26,748 nucleotides of DNA from Octopus sinensis (GCF_006345805.1 NW_021834143.1:1-26748); one strand, 5' to 3'; counted from the stretch's first letter, positions 1 to 11,804 are shown. Notes: a model not told the origin generated them from the letters alone. Translations and numbers: made by a program.

Positions 1-380
1 TTCATGATTTTATTTGGATTTCAATGGAAAATGTTGTTGATTTTTTATTTTATTTATTCATTATTTTTACTTTTTACGAATTCACAATTGATAACATCAG
101 AAAGAGTCGGAAGATTTTTATCAATAAAATAATTGGAATGTGTTGAATTACAAATGTTCAATAAAGAATTATAATGGAACTCCAGTGTCAGATGAATGAT
201 CCAAACTGGAGTTGTTTGTTAATAATATTGCTCCGAATGATAGATGTATCGATATGTTGCAGAGATATCCTCTCCAGACATTATTATAGAGTCGTGTTGT
301 ATAAACGTGATTTTAATAAGGAGGGGGCTGCAAGTGTTTTCTCGGCAATATAATGAGGTTCGGCAAATTTGCTGTCTTCA

Positions 381-900
381 GTTGAGTGCCACTGTGCGGC
401 ACTTTGAGGAAATATCTTCTAGCGTGGCCCCGACCAAAGCCTTGTGGACGGCAACAGAAAGAAGACATTAATTTATATATGAGTGAGAGATACATACATA
501 TACACACAATACATATATCTCCCTCTCTCTCTTTCTATCTCTCTCTCTCTCCCTATATATATATGTATATATATTTGTGTGTGTGTATATATGTGTGTAT
601 CTATGTATGTATGTATGTATGTATGTATGTATGTATATGTACAAAGATACACACGCACGTGTGTGTATGTCTATATGTATGTGTGTTTGTGTATGTATTT
701 GTCCACCATCACTACTTGACAGCAAATGTTGGTTTCTTTACGTCCCCGTAACCTAGCGGTTCGGCAAAGGCGCCCGATACAAAAAGGTTTTTAAGACATA
801 AGTACCGGGGTTCGAGTCATTCACCTAAACCCTCTCAAAGTTCAAGGAAGAGCCCCAGCATGGCCGCAGTCTAATGACTGAAACACGTAAATGTTAAAAG
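381..900 (+). mobile_element. Degenerate tRNA-derived SINE (family A, CORE-like, octopus OR-type) with an expanded internal microsatellite
   Basis: 381-465 aligns to the reverse complement of 4616-4715 (…ccgaccaaagccttgtg…gaaagaag). 715-900 aligns to the reverse complement of 4388-4545 (…gtccccgtaacctagcggttcggcaaa…ccccagcatggccgcagtc…tgactgaaac). About 235 nt of (TA)/(TG)/(TATG) repeat lies between the two domains. Confidence 0.75.
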
Positions 901-1039
901 TTTGATTTCAAAGATTCTTTTCTCTTTGAAGTCTTTTGATGGAATCAGTCTAGAAAAAAAAAAACAGGTAATAATATTTATAGAGCGGATTTCTATTTAG
1001 GAATCTGGTTAAAATATTCCCTTATAGTGGATCTAGGTT

Positions 1040-1130
1040 GTATCCACTCAGGATATAGCTGGTATTTATTTCTTAGATACGAAATAAATGTAGTATAAAA
1101 CACCTGATGACTGTTTGTACTGAGGATATA
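1040..1130 (-). mobile_element. Decayed fragment of SINE family D
   Basis: 'agctggtatttatttc' is the reverse complement of the 'gataaataaagtaccag' segment seen at 16553-16569; heavily diverged. Confidence 0.35.
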
Positions 1131-1195
1131 AAAGGGAGATAACTACGTACTGTCTGAGATTCTAATATTTCTGACTCATCAGTAAATGTGGTGGG

Positions 1196-1330
1196 GCGAG
1201 GGAGCTTCTATGTGGTCACATACAGAGGCTAGAAATATCAGCCAAATGTCTCTGAAATAATACTTTACTGTCTTTAATAAGGACACACTACACAATGTAG
1301 TCCGACAATAGACGAGATGGTCATTTACGG
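1196..1330 (-). repeat. Interspersed repeat family C, 3' part
   Basis: 'gctagaaatatcagccaaat' and 'gacgagatggtca' are reverse complements of the 'atttggctgctatttct' and 'tgaccatcccgtc' motifs at 14510-14715 and 17850-18050. Confidence 0.55.
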
Positions 1331-1347
1331 AATGCTTTTCACCATAG

Positions 1348-1350
<3 letters not shown>

Positions 1351-1404
<54 letters not shown>
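1351..1404. repeat. (TA)n microsatellite
   Basis: Pure TA run, directly visible. Confidence 0.98.
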
Positions 1405-1408
<4 letters not shown>

Positions 1409-1563
1409 CATATACAATAATGATAGAATAATAAATATCAAGCAAAGAATGGAACGGTTCGTCATTTTTTGTTGCATTAAAGATCAATAAAACAACAACA
1501 ATTATAGGGACTCATCGACAGAATATTGTTGTTGTCGTTGTTATTCTACTTCCCTCCTCAGCT

Positions 1564-1680
1564 TTCTTCTTCTTCTTCTTCTTCTTCTTCTTCTTCTTCT
1601 TCTTCTTCTTCTTCTTCTTCTTCTTCTTCTTCTTCTTCTTCTTCTTCTTCTTCTTCTTCTTCTTCTTCTTCTTCTTCTTC
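1564..1680. repeat. (TTC)39 / (GAA)39 pure trinucleotide microsatellite
   Basis: 117 nt uninterrupted; gives rise to the poly-S, poly-R and poly-E pseudo-ORFs in the track. Confidence 0.98.
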
Positions 1681-1995
1681 CACTACTACTTTGTTCCGAA
1701 CGCTTACGTTCCATAAAATTCTTCTTAGACAATATTTCTTTCCAGTTCTACCTAAATAAATAAATAAATGAAATTTTTTAACATTCTTCATTTACCAACA
1801 ATTGTCTTCACAATATCCGAAGGTCGACGCCATTTCTCGAGAGCACGACAGACTTTATCGTCATTAGATATTTTTTATTGTAGACACATAATTTTGCGCA
1901 TTCATTTTGTGTCGTTTGTTAGTGGTTTGCTGTGGCTACATCTCGGGTGGCGGGTAGAGGTGTTAACCAGATAATCCCAAAGACGGTAACAGCAC

Positions 1996-2215
1996 ATGCG
2001 CTTCAAGCCGAATCTGTCGCTAGAAGCTAGGATCACCAAGCATAGATTGACATATTTCGGTCATATTATGCGGAGAAAATCCCTGGAGAAGAACATCATG
2101 CTCGGAATGGTCAGTGGCAAGAGAGGGAGAGGCCGACCAAGAACCTGCTGGTTTGACACCATCAAGAGCTACATGGGAATGGCCATAGCCAATCTGAAAG
2201 AAGCGACCCACGATA
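1996..2215 (+). mobile_element. RTE-clade (BovB-like) LINE fragment, extreme C-terminus of ORF2
   Basis: Translation SLEARITKHRLTYFGHIMRRKSLEKNIMLGMVSGKRGRGRPRTCWFDTIK matches the RTE C-terminal signature (LxYFGHxMRR…LEKxIMLG…GxRxRGRPxxRWxD). Confidence 0.85.
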
Positions 2216-2479
2216 CATATGATTTTCTTCTCTAGAAAAGGTAAACCTGCTGCACTATTGTGGATCTTCCCAGGAAATACAGAATATTTACAGTGAATGA
2301 AGATGATTTGAACCAGAAGTCTTTATAATCTCGTGGTGAGTTGGTGCCGAAGGCTGTGATCGAATTCTTGAGAACAAAGTAGAAGTTAACCTTAAGAAAT
2401 TAATTAAAAGATTAACCCAATTCATTTGGTACACACTGAATTAATCCGTGCAATGATGATGATAGCTGGTTGCGGGTGA

Positions 2480-2720
2480 GCATCTGGGAACGTTATGCCC
2501 TTGACTTGAAACGGTAGAGTATATAAATGAAAAGATGTAGAATATATAGATGGTGTATTGGAAAGAGTTCATAGGGTGAAAGATATATTAGGTCATGTGA
2601 CAGCAAGAATTTGTCCCAGTTCTTCAGGGCATAAATTCAAAGTAAAAAAATATTGAAAATATGACAACAGTACAATATTTATGATGCGTTATGGCAATAT
2701 GGAGATCAACTGCATGTTTC
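2480..2720 (+). mobile_element. Possible highly decayed CR1/L2-type RT 3' remnant
   Basis: Short colinear peptides SIW, LERVHR and SSGHKFKVKK resemble the SPVW, AVQRR and TRGHVYKVRK motifs of the better-preserved fragment at 13915-14505. Many stops and indels. Confidence 0.35.
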
Positions 2721-3868
2721 AAGTTAATGTAATCAAGAAAATATAAGCGAAAAAGGATAAGAAATATTTTAAATATATGTCAAGTTATCCTAATTATTAT
2801 AGATTGAAACGGTTAATAGCTAGTTCAAAGTAAATCAGAGTTAGCCATTGACGCTCTTTAAAAGAGACCTGCATACTCTATAATTGATCATAAACACCGC
2901 AGTGGCCGATAAGTCTGTAAAATTTCATATCTCATATTTTAAAAAATGGAATGCTTCCACAGAAAATGAATAATTTAAATTTTATTTCCTAAATTTAACA
3001 CTATCAAATAAAAATGATAACATTTATTTATTCTATTTTCAGATTATGAAGTTTGGTTAAGAAAAATAGAAAGTAGTCACGAGGAAGGATGTTAGAATTT
3101 ATGTTCTTCTCGTTGGCGGGAAAAAGAAAGAGGCATTTAAACGATTCTCAATGATTTCACTTGTTTAGAATATCTTCGATTTGTGAAATGTTTTGTATAT
3201 TTTAAACATGTTGCCGTTAGATTATAAAGTTTATGGTTAACATTCAATATCTAATGGCAATGTTATGCGATGATATTTTTAAAATGATAGAGGAAGGAAG
3301 ACTATAATAATACTGGTTGTGACACTTGTTGAAAGGACGGTTCTTTAGACTAAACACACAACCATGCCTCGCTTCTGCTTATAGTATAACTTATTTATTA
3401 TAACACCAAAAACTATACACCTCAACCAAATACCAAATTATTAATAAGCACAACTGTCTGCTTCAGTCTAAAAGCATTAATGGACCCCAAGAGAAAAATA
3501 AAACGCCAGTAAATTTCTGATTTATTGATCAATATTCTAGGTTTTTCCAAAAAAATCTATTTAAATCGGAGAAATATTATTACGTCCACGCTTGAAGATA
3601 GAAATTTAACGACAATATCATGTTTAAAAATATTTTTTGTTAAGGCCACAACCGATGTTAACAGCAGAAAGTGTGAGGTGAAGTTCTGCTCGAAGAACAT
3701 TTCACGGTGTCACTCGCCACCAACGGCAACACTAAATAACAATCGTTCGTGTTTAAAGGGTGAGAGTTGACGAGGTGTCACATGGACGGCACCGACAGGA
3801 AGGGGGGGAGCGCATGAAATAAGGGATTTGGTATTTGTTTTTAGTCTGAAATATTAATGGAGATTATA

Positions 3869-3975
3869 GGGAGTTGGTCGAATCGTTGGAGCATCCACTG
3901 TACAGAGATCTTATATAGTGAGTTCAAATCCTATCGAAGTCAGCATAGTCTTCAATCCACCCGAGACATCAGATA
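3869..3975 (+). mobile_element. Decayed tRNA-derived SINE head (family D)
   Basis: A-box-like 'tggtcgaatcgttggagc' and B-box 'gagttcaaatcc' (3920-3931); the same B-box string occurs at 16517-16528. Confidence 0.5.
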
Positions 3976-4033
3976 GTACGTGTGTGCATTATATATATAT
4001 AGCTATAGATAGATAAATATAATGTGAATATAA

Positions 4034-4181
4034 CGCACACACACACACACACATACACACATACATACATACATACATACATACATACATACATACATAC
4101 ATACATACATACATACATACATACATACATACATACATACATACATACATACATACATACATACATACATACATACATACA

Positions 4182-4211
<30 letters not shown>
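4034..4211. repeat. (CA)n followed by a long (TACA)n tetranucleotide microsatellite
   Basis: Directly visible; source of the MYVC/HTYI pseudo-ORFs. Confidence 0.98.
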
Positions 4212-4212
<1 letters not shown>

Positions 4213-4322
4213 GGAGTGACCACCTTCGGAACCAGTGACATTACAACTCATTTCTACAGCTGAGTAAACTGGAGCAACGATCGTAAGCTCGACGCTCTAA
4301 CCACTGAGCCATGCGCCTTCAC
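4212..4322 (-). mobile_element. Internally deleted tRNA-derived SINE (family B)
   Basis: Minus strand reads gtgaaggcgcaTGGCTCAGTGGttagagcgtcgagcttacgatcgt (A box at 4301-4311), then jumps to 'tgctccagtttactcagctgtagaaatgag' with no B box. Confidence 0.65.
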
Positions 4323-4355
4323 AAATATATATACATACATATGCATACATACGCA

Positions 4356-4387
<32 letters not shown>

Positions 4388-4390
<3 letters not shown>

Positions 4391-4768
4391 TCTTTACTCT
4401 TTTACTCTTTTACTCTTTTACTTGTTTCAGTCATTTGACTGCGGCCATGCTGGGGCACCGCCTTTAGTACTTATTCTATCGGTCTCTTTTGCCGAACCGC
4501 CAAGTAACGGGGACATAAGCACACCAGCATCGGTTGTCAAGCAATGCTAGGGGGACAAACACAAACACACACACACATACACACACATACATATGTATAC
4601 ATATATACGACAGGCTTCTTTCAGTTTCCGTCTACCAAATCCACTCACAAGGCATTGGTCGGCCCGGGGCTATAGCAGAAGACACTTGCCCAAGGTGCCA
4701 CGCAGTGGGACTGTACCCGGAACCATGTGGTTGGTTAGCAAGTTACTTACCACACAGCCACTCCTGCG

Positions 4769-4770
<2 letters not shown>
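4388..4770 (-). mobile_element. Near-complete, well-preserved tRNA-derived SINE (family A)
   Basis: Minus strand: A box TGGCTGTGTGG (4750-4760), B-box-like GGTACAGTCCC (4707-4717), CORE-like CCTTGGGCAAGTGTC (4681-4695), internal CA/TA tract (4555-4608), 3' domain and (TAAAAGAG)n tail. Flanked by (TA)n on both sides. Confidence 0.85.
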
Positions 4771-4804
<34 letters not shown>

Positions 4805-4805
<1 letters not shown>

Positions 4806-4930
4806 CTTGTCTCAGTCAGTAGATTGCGGCCATGCTGGGGCACCGCTTCGAAAAGTTTGGTCGAACGAATCGACACCACTTCATATTTCTTATAAGTCTG
4901 CTACGTTTTTCTCGGTTGTCAAGCAACGGC

Positions 4931-4968
<38 letters not shown>

Positions 4969-5170
4969 GATATATGTATATATATATAGATAGATTATAT
5001 ATGTGTGTGTATATAGGATGAGCTTTTCCCAGTTTCTGTCCATCAAATGCATCCATAAGGTTTTTGCTCGACCCAGGGCTGTAATCGAAGATTAGGTGCA
5101 AGGCAGTGGACCTGAACCCGGAACCGTAAAGCTAGGAAGCAAACTTCATAGCGGACAGCAACGGCTGCGT
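4805..5170 (-). mobile_element. Older, diverged SINE family A copy, head-to-tail with 4388-4770
   Basis: Same domain order: 'cagtc…gcggccatgctggggcaccgc', 'tcggttgtcaagcaa', a CA/TA tract (4932-5012), 'cagtttctgtccatcaaat', 'ctgaacccggaacc'. Confidence 0.75.
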
Positions 5171-5249
5171 ATACCGGAGCGAATGGAAAACATAACAACG
5201 GGGAGACATGAAAGGAAATAGAAACGGCAGAAAAGCACTGCCATGTTGA

Positions 5250-5273
5250 ACTACTACTACTACCACCACCACC

Positions 5274-5338
<65 letters not shown>

Positions 5339-5361
5339 AAATAATAATAATAATAATAATA
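5250..5361. repeat. Compound trinucleotide microsatellite (ACT)(ACC)(ACT)(AAT)
   Basis: Directly visible. Confidence 0.95.
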
Positions 5362-5479
5362 AAACTGCTGCTGTTGTTGTTAGAAGCATTCGCACAACCA
5401 GCACACCCACGCCGATCCTTACATATACATAAAACTGTACATTATGTTATAATCTCTAACGACTCCACACACCTTCAGG

Positions 5480-5494
5480 CAACACACACACACA

Positions 5495-5544
<50 letters not shown>

Positions 5545-5682
5545 CAAAGATCGTTGATACGTTGTACATTCATGTATGCGCTTATGTGTGGCGGGGGATA
5601 TACACACATATATGTTGGTGGATGAATAAACACGTTTATACATACGTGGCGTGTGCACGAGCATGTACGTGTGTGTGTGTGA

Positions 5683-5744
<62 letters not shown>

Positions 5745-6390
5745 CATACACATGCACAAGTTTGTGTAAGTATAATATGTCTGTAAATATGTGTGCATGT
5801 GTGTGTGTGTGTGTGTGTAAAATACGTGTGCGTATGGCAGTTGACGGATATGTGTGTATATATGTATGACTGTGCGCGTCTGTGTATGTGTGTATGTTTA
5901 TATATATATATGTAGAAAGAGAGAGAGAGAGAGAGAAAAGAAAAGAAAGGAAGACAGGAAACTGAAGAGAGATCATCCGATCTCTATCTTTGTTTCTGGT
6001 CCAGGTTTCTGTGTATCGGCAATTGTCGACACACACACATACACACACGCGCGCACACACACACACATACACACACACTCACGCACGCACACACACACAC
6101 GCACCACGCACGCATGCAAATGTGTGTATATGCGTATATATACACGTGTGTGTTGTATGTATGTATGTATGTATGTATGTAATATTATTATATATTATAT
6201 ATATTATATATATATATATGCGTGTGTGTGTATATATTATATATTCATGTATTTATGTACAGATATATATACATATATACGTACTCATACGTATGTAAAT
6301 ATGTAAGTATACACACATATAATCATGTGATGCGTATCAATAAATGTGTGCGTGCGTGTTGTGTACGTGTGTGTGTGTGTGTGTATGTGT

Positions 6391-6436
<46 letters not shown>

Positions 6437-6470
6437 TGTGTGTGTGCGTGTGTGTGTGCATGTGTATTAG
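5480..6470. repeat. Mosaic of (CA), (TA), (TG), (GA) and (TATG) microsatellites
   Basis: Directly visible; explains all long ORFs in the track here. Confidence 0.9.
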
Positions 6471-7309
6471 AGTCCGCTAAAATATTTTACCAACAACTAT
6501 TGTTAAAAGTAACAACAGCAACATGAACAACACGTCGGAGGAAAATCAATACTAGTCCACTTTGATAAAATAGAATTTAGAGATTGTTTCTTCTTGACAA
6601 AGGCTCCGTGTACTTACAGAGGTGGCCATACTTGCCTTCACTTCTTAAAACAAACATATATTCTTACTTTCTTTTCATCTTCCAAGGAGCTTTACACAGA
6701 ACTATTTCCTCAAGACCAGATCGCTTAAGAACATTTCCCATCAGATGGCATCTAGATTAGCTCTGCAATAGCCTCTACATTTGAAGAACTCTACTCTATT
6801 GAGAAATGGCTGGCCACCATAGACGTTTGTTGCTTATCTTTCGTTTACTTGGGAATATATCATACTCTGAACTAACCCCTGCTATATGTCTCCTTGGAGA
6901 AACCGATAATATCTTCAAAGAGCTACCAGCTGTCATTTGTTGGGCAAGTGTCATAGAAAAATATCTCATTTAGCCATTCCGTTGACCAGTTTACGACATG
7001 GCTTCCTTCTTATCGACAGAGTCGCTGTTTACTGTATGATTAATGAGTTCAACGAAGGAAATCAGAAGACAAGGAAAAAACAAAAAAAATTGTCAGAGTC
7101 ACACTTGCCACAATGCTACAATGCATATGTCACGAACTGGTTTTAGATTATAACGCTGTGCTGCATAGAGAAGATGCGAATGAAACTCGTTTCACTTCAA
7201 ATGTCTTTCACAGCTCTGATAAAACTACTCACGAAAGGCTATCAAAAGGCATTCGGCAGATTTTTCAACGAAAATCCCATTATAGCGAAGAGATATTTGT
7301 AATGGTGAA

Positions 7310-7888
7310 TGTATGTATATGTATATATACATACATACATTTATATATATATATATATATATACATACATATGTGTGTGTGTGTGTGTATATACAGTATA
7401 TATATATACAGTGTATATAATATATAATATTATATATATATATTATATATATATATATATATAATATATATATATATATATGTATGTATGTATATGTATA
7501 ATATATATACATATATATACACACATATATATACATATATATATATATAAAGGTGTGTGTGTGTGTGTCTGACTAAATAGATAGATGGATCACCAACTAA
7601 ATGGATAGCAGAATGTTTATTCCAGTGTGTTCGAATGTCTATATTAAAAGGTTAGAACAGGATTAGTTTTACTCGTGTAACAAGTCTCGTACATCATTTG
7701 TTTGACGGAGTTCACGTTGGTGGCAGCCGCGGCAAAGAAAATCTATTATCTGATTAGATGACCTAATGATATATAAGAAACATTTATTTTATCAAATTAT
7801 CTCAATAAACCTCGCACGTTAACAGCTCAAGATGGAATTTATTCGCTGAGCCTAAAATAGAAGTAAAATAATTGGTTAAATATAATAT

Positions 7889-7922
<34 letters not shown>

Positions 7923-8209
7923 CGCGTGCGTGTGTGTGTGTGTGTGTGTGTGTTTACATATATCTATAAAGGGAAAAGACCAAGAGTGAGAGGAAGAGAG
8001 AGGGGGAAGAGACGCAAATATATTTCTATACATTGATTTATTAAACGAGATGGAATATTTTAGGGACCACACACACACACATACAGTCAGAATATATATA
8101 TATGTGTGTATACGTGTGCGTGCGTATGTATTTAGATAAATGTGGGTGTGTATAACTATATATATTTATATCTCTCTCTACATATATACATACATATATA
8201 TATATATAT

Positions 8210-8242
<33 letters not shown>

Positions 8243-8435
8243 GTGCATATATATATATATTATATATATATATTTACACACACTCACACACCCATGTATA
8301 CATATTTACATGTTCGTGCACGTCTGTGTGTATATATGTATATCTATGTATGTGTATGTGTGTGTGTGCGTGTGTGTGTGGTGTGTGTGTGTGTGTGTTG
8401 TGTGTGTGTGTGTGTGCGTGCGTGTGTGTGCCTGC
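7310..8435. repeat. Microsatellite mosaics (7310-7570, 7885-7960, 8065-8435) separated by short unique stretches
   Basis: Directly visible TA/TG/CA runs. Confidence 0.9.
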
Positions 8436-8657
8436 GCACGAGCTTCGATTTATGATATTACAGCTTTATTACTCGACTGACATGGCCTCCTCTGATGTCG
8501 TATTTAGTCTGTTTGAATCGTTAACAGACATTTTCAGTCACGTGGTCTCTAATTAGCCATCACTGACCGCCGCTGGAGTCATTCATGTACGTTATATATT
8601 ATTATTGTAGCTGATCAGTCTGTGGAACTGACTAACAGATGCCGGGCGTTCTTTTTC

Positions 8658-8790
8658 TTTAATCTCGGAACGGTCTTCAATTGAATAGACCTATAATCAA
8701 TGGCATTCCCAGCGTGACCATCCTGTCTATTTGCCTCAATATTATCTAACATATCTTTCCGATTATTTTAGGACCGTAGAGTAATAGGAA
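8658..8790 (+). repeat. Interspersed repeat family C
   Basis: 'tagacctataatcaatggcattcccagcgtgaccatcctgtc' matches 17878-17910 'gccaaagacattccagcagtgaccatcccgtc'. Confidence 0.6.
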
Positions 8791-9384
8791 GTCAAGTCTT
8801 TGAGTTGTTGCACTCGAGTTAAATCTAGAAGATAAATACTAAATTATTTGGTATTGGAACGGAAGCTTTAATGGTGACAAACTATTCAAATTTGTACTCT
8901 TATGTCTCTGTGATGATATTACTCTACTTGTCACGACATGTATCCGAGTGATATGTTTTAAACAACCTCATCTATGGAAAACATGAAAGACAGAAATGAA
9001 AACTTGAACATAATGAAACACTATCATTAAGACCATTGTGGTTGTGCCTGGAAATAAAGACAATTAATATGCGCGCTTGAAATACTCTTGGACAAAAATA
9101 CTGCTTAGGAGTTAGAATGACAATACAAACGTGAATCGACACTAGCTGTAGTATTTGATCTCTGAGAGACATCTCAAAGAGATATTGCAAATAGTGCTGT
9201 CCCATGTTTGTATACACATTACAAATATTAAGCACAATTGTGTAGAAGGCATGCATAAAAAGTGGAGAGTCTTTTCTAACTAGAAAAGATATAACGAGAG
9301 GCTGAGGAAGAGAGCGATAGAATGCTCGGCAAAATCCCTTTAGAATAATTTATAAATTGGTTCAATGTGAAAAGCAATAAGCTT

Positions 9385-9541
9385 TGTGTATATATCATAT
9401 AATCATGTATATATATATATATGCATACATGCATACATGCATACATGTATACATACATACATACATACATACATACATACATACATACATACATACATAC
9501 ATACATACATACATACATACATACATACATACATACATACA
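9385..9541. repeat. (TA)/(TGCA)/(TACA)n microsatellite
   Basis: Directly visible. Confidence 0.95.
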
Positions 9542-10089
9542 TGAACACGAAACGTGATTAGGTGCAACCAGCCATGAAATAAAATTGTGGAAATAAGAAT
9601 AACCAAAAGTTCCACCAACGGACGACGTGAAACAGAAATTCATTAACAGAAATAATTTAAATGTTGTTAGTCGTAGTCGCAAGTTTAACATAGAAACTAG
9701 CAAACATGATAAATAAATTATAAACAGTGAAATAAACGAACTTGACATCATTTATAACGAATTATGATGATTGTAACATCCTCAAAGGTTGCGCACATGT
9801 TGGGGAATGCTGAATGAAGGGTTTTGTATGCAGGATCTAAGGAATAACAACCACTCGTAAATATATCAGTTGTATTGGATTGATAACAAAACCTGCTACC
9901 TCCAACATACTAAGAGATTCCTCAATTCCAACAAGCCTAACCAAACAGATGTTCTTTATTTATAATGTAAACCTCTGCCATCAGACAATTCTCAAAGAAT
10001 GTGGCGAAATGTTCGCCGTGTTTCTATCGCCTCTTTACGAACTCTCCTTAATCGTTACTAAACCCCCAAAAATACGGTTTACATATCTT

Positions 10090-10125
10090 CATTCTTCTTC
10101 TTCTTCTTCTTCTCTTCTTCTTCTT

Positions 10126-10156
<31 letters not shown>

Positions 10157-10171
10157 TTATTATTATTATTA

Positions 10172-10216
<45 letters not shown>
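10090..10216. repeat. (TCT)n(TAT)n compound microsatellite; the TAT part is the (TAA)n tail or target of the adjacent R4 fragment
   Basis: Directly visible. Confidence 0.95.
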
Positions 10217-10650
10217 GATGATGTATTTTTATCACGGGTTTTGTTGGAACTCCTACAGTCTTGCATGCGTAGCGGGTTTGCTGCCTGCAGCCTACGGTAC
10301 CATGCTATCCATTCTTTTCAGCGATCTAATACTTTCCTGATTATTCTGGCCGTGCCAAGGAGGCAAACCTTTTGTAACAGTTCTACTGGGCACTCTATTC
10401 CAATTTCCTTCATATTCTTCTTGATGACTTCTCATACTGTTTTCAAGGACCCAACAATAATTGGCCCTATCTTCACACTTCTTCATTTTCAGTCGCCGGG
10501 CTTAGGAGGGTTGTATCAATCTATCTTTTCGCATTCCTTCTTGACTATTCATGGGTCAATGAGCATGCAACATCAATTTTATAGCACACATGTGGTGCAC
10601 TTTGTCCACCACCACTAGGGCCGGTCTGTTATGCTCTACCACCTGATCTG
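10217..10650 (-). mobile_element. 5'-truncated R4/Dong-clade non-LTR retrotransposon: restriction-like endonuclease C-terminus plus 3' UTR
   Basis: Minus-strand frames join to SDQVVEHNRPALVVVDKVHHMC / KIDVAC / KKECEKID / VKIGPIIVGSLKTV*EVIKKNMKEIGIECPVELLQKVCLLGTARIIRKVLDR* (stop 10318-10320). This is the R4-type RPD…D…KExEK RLE and LQKxxLLGTARIxRKVL terminus. The catalytic D codon (10619-10621) reads Ala. Frameshifts and stops are present. Confidence 0.85.
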
Positions 10651-10681
<31 letters not shown>

Positions 10682-10689
10682 GTAGTAGT

Positions 10690-10722
<33 letters not shown>

Positions 10723-10745
10723 TAGTAGTAGAAGAAGAAGAAGCA
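10651..10745. repeat. (ATT)10(AGT)n(AGA)n compound microsatellite
   Basis: Directly visible; abuts the 5' junction of the R4 fragment. Confidence 0.95.
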
Positions 10746-11534
10746 GCATCTAAATACATAATTATTTCAGAGCACCACAAATATGACTGACATAATTAAA
10801 TAAAATTAAATGAGCCAAGGGAAATAACTCAAATATGTCAATTCGTGATTTTGGATAAATAAATTATGATGCAATCTTTTGAACATTGTACATAAATGAA
10901 TTCTTAATGGATGAAATTTACTCTTCAGTTAGAGAAAGAAAACAAAACCTTACCACCAGTCGTTGGTAACTTGCGAAGACAAAAAATTAAGAATTAATTT
11001 CTCAAAGTTAATTACAGGTTTATGATCATTGTCTGTTCTCAGGGGAGACATCTACTGACATGTTTTATTCCATTTTAGTACAGTCTATCCCTATCTGGTT
11101 CTTATAGTCCAGGAAGTTTGTTTACCAAAATCTACAACATACCATTTCAATCAGATGAGAGGGACAGCGCCCATACACTTTACACACATTTCCGGTGGTT
11201 AAATCGATGTAGTTAATGTTCCACTCAACCAATATTTGTTGAGGAAATATGGACGAAAAGAGGGTTTTACAGAGATTTGGGACTGGGGAAATGTTTAGAA
11301 CAAGTTTGCGGAAATGAAAAGGTGTAATGTGAAGGAAGGCGTGATGTGTAGCTTTAGGGAAAGATTCTTGTCCAAGATTCAGTTGTTATTTTGGTTATTT
11401 ATACCCGGGAACCCTGATCCAGAAAACCTTTGAGTAAAAACGTTCCATCCGTAACGATTCTGAATTTGTTTTAGGATATCTAAGGCCTCATTACTGCAAA
11501 AGCATTTTGAGAGGGTGTGATACAGGGAACCCTC

Positions 11535-11720
11535 TAATATAAAAAGCAGTTTAATTTATCTTATATCACATCCTACTGAGTTAAACGATCGAAAGTTATG
11601 CAGGGTGTTGCGGTCCTGAGAATAAACTGGATGGTACGGAAACAGTAAATGGCCATGACTTGAAGCACCTTTGATTACAGGTCGATTCAATCAGGTCTCA
11701 TCTGGAACTGATCAACAACA
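11535..11720 (-). repeat. Interspersed repeat family C, diverged
   Basis: Minus strand gttgttgatcag…cctgattgaatcgacctgtaatcaaaggtg…tcaggacc…gtaggatgtgat…ctgcttttt is colinear with 16965-17110. Confidence 0.55.
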
Positions 11721-11765
11721 GACATAGAATCAGGTACCAGATGATTCGCTCTCTTTCACTCCTCC

Positions 11766-11804
<39 letters not shown>

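Noticed and set aside
5953-6001. CTGAAGA followed by a perfect hairpin (agagatc-atcc-gatctct) resembling a hammerhead ribozyme
   Set aside because: The obligatory GAAA after stem II is missing. It is only a short imperfect hairpin, too short for a pre-miRNA call.
6700-6850. Minus-strand KRLWWPAIS…CHL resembling the Gypsy integrase H2C2 region
   Set aside because: The match is too short and interrupted by stops, with no other LTR-element features.
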